Shown here: piece by piece, positions 18,114 to 24,469 of the stretch | How positions within the stretch are numbered: the first letter of the stretch is position 1 | Layout of the letters: every line of letters starts with the position of its first letter | Source of the DNA: Candidatus Omnitrophota bacterium | GTDB lineage: Bacteria > Omnitrophota > Gorgyraeia > Gygaellales > Profunditerraquicolaceae | Reading direction: 5' to 3' | Length of the DNA stretch: 64,000 nt | Assembly: GCA_020058085.1 (NCBI GenBank) | Contig: JAGVER010000005.1 | Span: forward strand, 2,743-66,742 | Notes under the pieces: generated by a model | Seen by the model: the letters and a program-made list of their open reading frames with translations, nothing else | The model's database searches: none | Told to the model about the DNA's origin: nothing | Position numbers and translations under genes: made by a program

Positions 18114-19601
18114 ATGTCTGGGGTCAACTTAAAGAGAATTAATCTTAGATCCTTCGCGAGAAACAGAAATGAACTTGTAGGCATAGATTTTAGCGGCAAT
18201 AATTTAAAGTTTGCCCATGCAAGAATCTCATCTAATAAAAGAGAGGTGATCAATCTTTCTAGCCGCGATATAAGCGGCCTAGCCGATGCCGATATCTCCA
18301 AGGTTATAAGGTCCGGCTATGGCGAATTAGGCGCTAAAAACCCACAAATTATAAATATCATACCTCCGCATTTGGTGATAACTAAGAATATTGAAATTCC
18401 TTCGGTTAATGAAAAAGAGATAAGAGAGATTATAAACCTGCAGGCAGGCAGGCATACTCCATATTCGCGCGAAGAGATAATTGTGGATTATATTGATATA
18501 GGCACTTACAAGAATAGTTATACCAAAATACTTTTGGTGATTGTTGCGCGTAGTGTCGTAAAAAGGCAGTTTGAGATATTGGATAAAGCCGGCCTTCAGT
18601 TAGAGCGGGTGTTGCTTGCTCCGGAAGGCTTGGCCTGGTCTGTTTCCAAGGTATTAAAGATTGAAACCCAGGATTCTCCGGCTAACGTCGTACATATTGA
18701 TGAAGGTTTTACCGATTTTAGTATTGTTTTTAAGAATAACGTAGTCTTTATCAGGTCTATCCCCATAGGAACAAGGCATTTATTAAATGAGAAGGGAAAG
18801 TATGAAAGCAGATTTGTTGAAGAGCTTAAAAATTCTCTCGAGGCTTATCAAAATGAGGATATAGAAAAGAGCCCCAGTGTTATTATTTTAACAGGAGCTG
18901 TTGAAGAATTAAAAGATTTGGAAGCCGTCTTAAATAGCAGTTTGCATTTGCCTATTAAAGTAATGCCTTATTTTAAGAATCTTACAATTTCAGACCAGGC
19001 ATTAAAGGCAGCATCCGCAACAAGGAATTTATCTTTTCTGAATGTAATTGCCCCTCTTCTTACAACGCAAGATATGAAGATAAACCTTGTGCCCGAGGAA
19101 GTAAAACTAAGAAAATCGCTTGAAGAAAAAGGAAGAGATCTGATTAAAGCAGGGATTTTTGTTTTATTGTCTTTTGTTTTGTTATTTTCTATAATGGCAA
19201 GTAAAATTTATTTTAAAAGCGCTTATTTAAAGGTTTTAAATAATAAATACCAGCCATTGAGCCAGGATGCGCAAAAATTAGAAGAAGATTTTACCAAAGT
19301 GAGCGCGATAAAAGGTTATCTGGCTAAGCGCGGATATCTTTTAGAGATATTAACTGAATTATATAATGTTACTCCGGAGGGCTTAGAGTTAAACGATATC
19401 CGTTTTGATGAGCAGGGTAAGTTTACCGTTAGAGGCGTTGCTGAGTCCATGTCTACGGTATTTTCTTTTGTTGGCAGTATGGAAAAATCAAAATATTTTG
19501 AAGATGTTAAGACCAAATACACCTCAAAACGAAAAGACGGGATGAAAGATGTAACTGATTTTGAGATAGCTGCTTCGCTTAAAAAGTATTTTTCTTCATG
19601 A
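18114..19601 (+). CDS. PilM-PilN fusion (GspL-like) assembly protein
   Basis: N-terminal actin-like PilM region (VGIDFSGNNLKFAHARIS...), then a single TM (IFVLLSFVLLFSIMASKIYF), then a PilN-like periplasmic domain. Confidence 0.7.
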   Translation: MSGVNLKRINLRSFARNRNELVGIDFSGNNLKFAHARISSNKREVINLSSRDISGLADADISKVIRSGYGELGAKNPQIINIIPPHLVITKNIEIPSVNEKEIREIINLQAGRHTPYSREEIIVDYIDIGTYKNSYTKILLVIVARSVVKRQFEILDKAGLQLERVLLAPEGLAWSVSKVLKIETQDSPANVVHIDEGFTDFSIVFKNNVVFIRSIPIGTRHLLNEKGKYESRFVEELKNSLEAYQNEDIEKSPSVIILTGAVEELKDLEAVLNSSLHLPIKVMPYFKNLTISDQALKAASATRNLSFLNVIAPLLTTQDMKINLVPEEVKLRKSLEEKGRDLIKAGIFVLLSFVLLFSIMASKIYFKSAYLKVLNNKYQPLSQDAQKLEEDFTKVSAIKGYLAKRGYLLEILTELYNVTPEGLELNDIRFDEQGKFTVRGVAESMSTVFSFVGSMEKSKYFEDVKTKYTSKRKDGMKDVTDFEIAASLKKYFSS

Positions 19602-20161
19602 AAATAATAAATCTGCAGGTTTTGTCTATGGTTCTTTCTCGTTTATCTAAAAGAGAAAAGGCCATTCTTTATGGCACGGTTCTTGTCGTATCTTTGACCG
19701 CGATAGATCGCTTAATAATAAATCCTATTTTCTCTAAGATGGAGGCGTTAAATAAGCAGATACAGGAAAAAGATGCCGGGATTAAAAAGGATTTGCGCAT
19801 ACTGGCGCAGAAAGAGAGGATCCTGGCTGAAAAGGTAAAATATGCCTCTTTTTTAAGTTCTTCAGCATCCGAAGAAGAAGAGATGACCTCAATTTTGAAA
19901 GAAGTTGAAGCCTTGGCGGGAAAAAGTTCGGTGTATCTTGTCGATATGAAGCCCGTGGGTTTGAAAAAGTCCGGTTCATCGGAAAAATACCTGATTAATG
20001 TTAATTGCGAGGCGCAAATGGAACAACTTACTGAATTTATTTATAATATAGAAAGTTCAAACAAGTTACTCTCCGTTGAGAAGTGCCAGATAAACCCGAA
20101 ATCAAAAGATTCAAGCGTGGTAAAGTGCAGTATGTCAATAGCCAAAATAGTGGTAAAATAA
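19598..20161 (+). CDS. PilO/GspM-like bitopic assembly protein
   Basis: N-terminal TM (AILYGTVLVVSLTAIDRLII), a coiled coil, then a small alpha/beta C-terminal domain. ATGA overlap with the PilMN gene. Confidence 0.5.
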   Translation: MKIINLQVLSMVLSRLSKREKAILYGTVLVVSLTAIDRLIINPIFSKMEALNKQIQEKDAGIKKDLRILAQKERILAEKVKYASFLSSSASEEEEMTSILKEVEALAGKSSVYLVDMKPVGLKKSGSSEKYLINVNCEAQMEQLTEFIYNIESSNKLLSVEKCQINPKSKDSSVVKCSMSIAKIVVK

Positions 20162-20163
20162 AT

Positions 20164-20379
20164 ATGCCTGATGCGATTACACAAGTAGGTTTGGTAGCCG
20201 GAGAGATATGGCATTTTATTAATGATAAGGGCGGTGAGGCAACTTTATCCGCGCTCTTAAGTTCCATAAACCATAGCCAACAAGTTGTTTTTATGAGCCT
20301 TGGCTGGTTAGCGCGCGAGGGCCAGGTGTTCTTGGAAGAAAAAGATAGTGATTTCAAGGTGGTAGTTAAAAAACGGTAA
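20164..20379 (+). CDS. Small winged-helix protein (DUF2582-like)
   Basis: The ATG at 20164 lies 2 nt after the upstream stop. MPDAITQVGLVAGEIWHFINDKGGEATLSALL...LGWLAREGQV fits the small wHTH family. The ORF-track start at 20083 would overlap the PilO-like gene by 79 nt. Confidence 0.5.
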   Translation: MPDAITQVGLVAGEIWHFINDKGGEATLSALLSSINHSQQVVFMSLGWLAREGQVFLEEKDSDFKVVVKKR

Positions 20380-20427
20380 CACCCGGCCTTAATGGATAGG
20401 CCGGTGTGCACTTACTGTGCAAGGAGG
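20379..20427 (+). promoter_or_regulatory. Hairpin-hairpin-SD leader motif (copy 1 of a repeated element)
   Basis: acacccggcc(20379-88)/ggccggtgtg(20399-408) form a stem with a bulged C. A second hairpin, tgcac-ttact-gtgca, is followed by SD aggagg (20422-27) and the ATG at 20433. The motif is nearly identical to 22028-22076. Confidence 0.6.
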
Positions 20428-20432
20428 TTTAG

Positions 20433-20924
20433 ATGAAGAAAGTAACCGGTATTATCTTAGCCTTGTTGATAGCCACAAGCTTAAATTCTTTTGCCTTGGA
20501 TATTCCGCTTATGGACATGCGTAATAAAATCTTTGAAGAATCTAAAGTCATGAAGAAGAAATTGGCGAATTCAAAAGATATTATTTTCTTAAACAGCATG
20601 TGGGATTCATGCGTAATAGCGATTAACCAATTAGACGCGTATTTTTCTTTAGTGGGGATTTTTAATACTATTAAAAAAGAAAACCTGACAGAAGCTTCCG
20701 TAGGATACCTTATCAGTTGGCTAAATCAGACTAAGCAGACGAACGAATTGAATATAAAAAACCTGAATTCGTTGACATCTACATTTGAGGCAAGGACCAA
20801 GCTTTACAAGGCAAAATTAACAAATATTTTTACCGAGTTAGATAGCCACATAACTAAAGAGCTGGAGAAGCTTTCGTTATTACAGAGATCTCTTCAAAAA
20901 ACTAAGCCCGGTAAGAAACCTTAG
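20433..20924 (+). CDS. Hypothetical secreted helical protein
   Basis: Signal peptide MKKVTGIILALLIATSLNSFA and a strong SD. I recognise no family. Confidence 0.6.
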   Translation: MKKVTGIILALLIATSLNSFALDIPLMDMRNKIFEESKVMKKKLANSKDIIFLNSMWDSCVIAINQLDAYFSLVGIFNTIKKENLTEASVGYLISWLNQTKQTNELNIKNLNSLTSTFEARTKLYKAKLTNIFTELDSHITKELEKLSLLQRSLQKTKPGKKP

Positions 20925-20933
20925 GGTATGTGA

Positions 20934-21287
20934 ATGTTTATCAAAATAAAAAATATCTGCCTGTTAGCTATATTTTCTCTTATTATTTTATTCCCTCTCT
21001 TCGCGCAGGATGATACGGGCCTGAAGGAAGATGCCGAGGGGAAAACAGTAATTAAGACTGTATCCGGGCTTAAATTTGAAGTTCCTGAAGACAGGCCCAT
21101 CGAAGAGAGGAATAATATTATCGCCCCAATGCCCTTGGATGAATATGTCGCGTTAAAATTTTCGAAGTTTGAATCCCGCTTGCAGAAAATCGAGGAGAAT
21201 ATCAACCAAATTCAGGATCAATTAAATATTATTCAAGGGGAGTTAAACTCACCCAAGGCCAAAGAAAACCCTTCGCAAAAACCGTAA
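20934..21287 (+). CDS. Hypothetical secreted protein with C-terminal coiled coil
   Basis: Signal peptide MFIKIKNICLLAIFSLIILFPLFAQ. The C-terminal heptad-like segment is LQKIEENINQIQDQLNIIQGEL. Confidence 0.55.
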   Translation: MFIKIKNICLLAIFSLIILFPLFAQDDTGLKEDAEGKTVIKTVSGLKFEVPEDRPIEERNNIIAPMPLDEYVALKFSKFESRLQKIEENINQIQDQLNIIQGELNSPKAKENPSQKP

Positions 21288-21422
21288 TCAGTTAAGAAAT
21301 AAAAAAAAGATACTATAATAAACTCTGCTGACTTTTATGTTTTTATCTTTGGCTTCACTCACGTTCAGGTCCTTGTTGCCTACGGCAATTTCGCTAAACA
21401 AAAACTTAAAGAGCTCAAATTT

Positions 21423-21637
21423 CGCACAGCCAGTGCGCATACCTCGCCTCGACCGAAGGGCGAGTGTGTTGCTTTCTGCAGCACTTGCCAATCGCCTCAG
21501 AAGAGGCGCACTTTACTATCAGATAAGTAAAGGTGCCTATTTGGCAAGGTGCGCTAGACCAAAGATTAAGGTGCTCTTATCCTTGATCTCACTTGCGTTC
21601 GATCAAGGATTTCGCTGGACCAAAGATTAAGGTGCTC
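21423..21637 (+). ncRNA. Candidate structured RNA or long 5' leader of unknown class
   Basis: Consecutive hairpins: cgcac/gtgcg (21423-37), ctcgcc/ggcgag (21443-64), gtgttgc/gcagcac (21466-84, U.G wobble only on the plus strand). There is also a three-way junction closed by cttgccaa/ttggcaag (21484-21548), then two 25-nt direct repeats cgct[ag]gaccaaagattaaggtgctc (21552-76, 21613-37) flanking the hairpin atccttgatc/gatcaaggat. Confidence 0.35.
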
Positions 21638-21714
21638 AAATTATTATTGCATTAATCTGACTTTAGCTATACAATAAAAAGCCTGTGAAAGTTTTATGCT
21701 AAAAAGGAGAAGAG

Positions 21715-21876
21715 ATGGTTGAGCGTAGTGAGTTTAAGGGTAAGCCTGTTTTGGTAATCAAGAGGGATGAGAATGATCAATACCCGTTTTCATTCGGAAT
21801 TAGCAAGGCCAAGTTGATCCTGGAGAACATTGAAGAGATCAAAAAGTTTGTTTCAGAGACAGAGGCTAAGCAATAA
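21715..21876 (+). CDS. Small hypothetical protein (53 aa), absent from the ORF track
   Basis: SD aaaaggaga sits 5 nt upstream of the ATG at 21715. Product is MVERSEFKGKPVLVIKRDENDQYPFSFGISKAKLILENIEEIKKFVSETEAKQ, with protein-like composition. Confidence 0.5.
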   Translation: MVERSEFKGKPVLVIKRDENDQYPFSFGISKAKLILENIEEIKKFVSETEAKQ

Positions 21877-21890
21877 AAAATATGAATATG

Positions 21891-21919
21891 TTGACTTGGG
21901 AATTAAATTAAAGTATAAT
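21891..21919 (+). promoter_or_regulatory. Sigma70-type promoter for rpsO-pnp
   Basis: TTGACT (21891-96), 17-nt spacer, TATAAT (21914-19). Confidence 0.65.
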
Positions 21920-21931
21920 ATTAAATATGAG

Positions 21932-22076
21932 ACACCCCGCGTTAAACATGAGGCACCTGGCCTCGATAGGAATTAGGCCAGTGTTCGCCTGGTGGCGAAA
22001 ATTGCGCGGGTGTGCGCTTACTGTGCAACACCCGGCCTTATTTGAGAGGCCGGTGTGCACTTACTGTGCAAGGAGG
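21932..22076 (+). promoter_or_regulatory. Structured rpsO 5' leader made of two tandem copies of the hairpin motif; candidate S15 autoregulatory element
   Basis: Unit A is acaccccgcg(21932-41)/cgcgggtgtg(22005-14) enclosing two internal hairpins, then tgcgc-ttact-gtgca. Unit B is acacccggcc(22028-37)/ggccggtgtg(22048-57), then tgcac-ttact-gtgca, then SD aggagg (22071-76). Stem sequences covary between units (ccgcg/cgcgg vs cggcc/ggccg). Confidence 0.6.
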
Positions 22077-22085
22077 TGATTAAGG

Positions 22086-22355
22086 TTGGTTTTGGTAAAA
22101 GAAAAGAAGATAAAGATCATTGATGAGTTTAGGGTTCACGCTAGGGATACCGGTTCAGCCGAGGTCCAGATCGCAATATTAACTGAAAGAATTAATCAGT
22201 TAGGGGATCATTTTAAGGCCCACAAAAAAGATTTTAGTTCTCGCCGCGGTTTACTTTGCCTTGTAGGCACGCGCCGTAGTCTGCTCAGTTATCTCAAGAA
22301 GAAAAATGCCAAGAAGTACGAAGAGGTTTTGGGCAAGCTTCACTTGAGAAAATAA
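22086..22355 (+). CDS. rpsO: 30S ribosomal protein S15
   Basis: TTG start 9 nt after the SD. ...DTGSAEVQIAILTERINQLGDHFKAHKKDFSSRRGLLCLVGTRRSLLSYLKKKN... is canonical S15. Confidence 0.95.
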   Translation: MVLVKEKKIKIIDEFRVHARDTGSAEVQIAILTERINQLGDHFKAHKKDFSSRRGLLCLVGTRRSLLSYLKKKNAKKYEEVLGKLHLRK

Positions 22356-22380
22356 ACCGGAGTTATAATCCTAAAATAAT

Positions 22381-24462
22381 ATGAATGATAATACCTTAAA
22401 ATTAAAATTTGGTAGGAACGACCTAATCTTAGAAACAGGTAAGGTTGCTAAGCAAGCTAACGGTTCCGTAGTTGTTACTTATGGCGGAACAGTTGTGCTA
22501 ATTACTGCCTGTATGTCTCGCGAAGTAAGAGAAGGGCGTGATTTCTTTCCTTTAACAGTAGAATATCAGGAGAAGACTTACGCTGCCGGAAGGATTCCGG
22601 GAGGTTTTTTCAAGCGAGAGGGCAGGCCTTCGGAGAGCGAGATTCTTGCTGCCCGATTAATCGACCGGCCAATAAGGCCGCTTTTCCCAAAAGGTTTATT
22701 TAATGACGTACAGGTTATGGCTATTGTCCTCTCAAGCGACGGAGAGAATGATCCGGATGTCTTAGCGGTCAATGGCGCTTCAGCGGCATTATGTATATCT
22801 GATATACCATTTAATGGCCCATTAGTAGCATGTCGTGTAGCCAGAGTAAATAACGAATTAATAATTAATCCTACTTATGCCGAATTAGATATCGCGGACT
22901 TAGAAGTAATTATAGCCGCTAACAATAAAGGTATCGTGATGCTTGAATCAAAAGCCAAAGAGATATCCGAAGAAGAGTATCTTGAGGTAGTTAGGTTTGG
23001 GCATAATCATTTGAAAGATCTGATTCATCTTCAGGAGGAATTTGCTAAGAAGTACGGAAAACCTAAAGCAAATGTTGAATTTAAGAAGATAGACCCGGAT
23101 TTAAAGGCTAAGGTTAACGAATTATCGCGCGATAGGCTAAAAGAAGTCTATAGCCTTGGTAAAAAAGAAGAGCGTGAAGAAGCAGTGCATTTATTGGCTA
23201 AAGAACTTGAAGAAAAACTTACTGCTGAAGGTTATTCTAGCGATCAGATTAAGCTTGCGCTTGATGAAGTAGAGGCGCAGCAAGTTAGAAATAAGATACT
23301 TACCGAAAATGTGCGTATTGACGGCAGGGGTTTTAAAGATATACGACCGATTACTTGTGAAGTTTCTCTCTTACCCCGTACTCATGGTTCAAGTTTGTTT
23401 ACCCGCGGGCAGACACAGAGTCTTGCTGTAACTACTTTAGGCACAGGTGAAGATGAACAGATGGTCGAAGCCTTAGAGGGCAAAAAATATAAATCTTTTA
23501 TGTTGCATTATAGTTTTCCGCCTTTTAGTGTTGGTGAGACCGGGCCTGTGCGTGGTCCGGGCAGAAGAGAGATAGGCCATGGAGCATTGGCTGAGAAAGC
23601 TATCCTTGCAGTAATGCCGTCTAAAGAAAAATTTCCTTATACAGTAAGAGTGGTATCCGAGATTTTAGAGTCAAATGGCTCTTCAAGCATGGCTACAGTT
23701 TGTGCTGTGGCTTTATCGCTTATGGATGCGGGTGTGCCTATAAAAGATACTGTTGCCGGTATTGCTTTAGGTTTAATTAAAGAAGGGGATAAAGCTTTAA
23801 TTCTGACAGATATCGCGGGCCTTGAAGATCATTTCGGAGATATGGATTTTAAAGTTGCCGGAACTAGGCAGGGTGTTACTGCTGTGCAATTAGATTTAAA
23901 AATAGACGGCATAGAGATAGAGTTATTAGGTAAGTGTTTATCTGAAGCTAAAATAGCCAGAATGACCATTTTAGATAAAATGAGCGAAGCCTTATCCAAG
24001 CCCCGCGAGAAATTATCCAGCTATGCCCCGCGTATAGATGTATTAAAGATAAATACCGAGAAGATCGGGGAACTTATTGGCCCAGGCGGAAAGAATATCA
24101 AAGCGATTATTGCCGCAACCGGAGCAAGCGTAGATATAGAGGACGATGGCACGGTTTTGGTTGGTTCTACTGACGCTTTAAAGTCAGAGGCGGCGATTAA
24201 GATGATTAGGGCAATAACCGATGATGTAGAAGTTGGCCGTGTCTATATAGGTAAAGTAAAGCGTATCATGCCGTTTGGCGCTTTCTGTGAAATTGCCCCG
24301 CGTAAAGAAGGTTTGGTGCATGTTTCAGAACTTTCGGATAAATTCATCAAGAATGTTGATGAAGTGGTTAAAATCGGCGATGAGATTAAAGTTAAGGTCA
24401 TCGGTATAGATGAATTAGGCAGGATAAATTTAAGTAAGAAACAAGCCGAGCAGGCTGGTTAG
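22381..24462 (+). CDS. pnp: Polyribonucleotide nucleotidyltransferase (PNPase)
   Basis: 693 aa with two RNase PH domains, KH and S1 domains. rpsO-pnp synteny. Confidence 0.95.
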   Translation: MNDNTLKLKFGRNDLILETGKVAKQANGSVVVTYGGTVVLITACMSREVREGRDFFPLTVEYQEKTYAAGRIPGGFFKREGRPSESEILAARLIDRPIRPLFPKGLFNDVQVMAIVLSSDGENDPDVLAVNGASAALCISDIPFNGPLVACRVARVNNELIINPTYAELDIADLEVIIAANNKGIVMLESKAKEISEEEYLEVVRFGHNHLKDLIHLQEEFAKKYGKPKANVEFKKIDPDLKAKVNELSRDRLKEVYSLGKKEEREEAVHLLAKELEEKLTAEGYSSDQIKLALDEVEAQQVRNKILTENVRIDGRGFKDIRPITCEVSLLPRTHGSSLFTRGQTQSLAVTTLGTGEDEQMVEALEGKKYKSFMLHYSFPPFSVGETGPVRGPGRREIGHGALAEKAILAVMPSKEKFPYTVRVVSEILESNGSSSMATVCAVALSLMDAGVPIKDTVAGIALGLIKEGDKALILTDIAGLEDHFGDMDFKVAGTRQGVTAVQLDLKIDGIEIELLGKCLSEAKIARMTILDKMSEALSKPREKLSSYAPRIDVLKINTEKIGELIGPGGKNIKAIIAATGASVDIEDDGTVLVGSTDALKSEAAIKMIRAITDDVEVGRVYIGKVKRIMPFGAFCEIAPRKEGLVHVSELSDKFIKNVDEVVKIGDEIKVKVIGIDELGRINLSKKQAEQAG

Positions 24463-24469
24463 ACAAGAA

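Noticed and set aside
21288-21630. ORFs 21337-21630 (+, 97 aa) and 21288-21491 (-, 67 aa) in the structured intergenic region
   Set aside because: No SD, Arg/Leu/Ser/Ala-rich composition that follows from the GC-rich hairpins, and the region is better explained as structured RNA.
21552-21637. Possible mini-CRISPR (25-nt direct repeats with a 36-nt spacer)
   Set aside because: Only two copies, no cas genes in the window, and the 'spacer' is itself a perfect hairpin. This does not look like an array.
21292-21714. Known housekeeping ncRNA (tmRNA, RNase P RNA, SRP/4.5S, 6S) in this region
   Set aside because: I could not find the diagnostic sequences: the RNase P GAGGAAAGUCC box, a tmRNA tRNA-like T-arm or tag ORF, or the SRP GGAA/AGCA domain IV motifs. 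6S cannot be excluded by eye, so the region is reported only as an unknown structured RNA.
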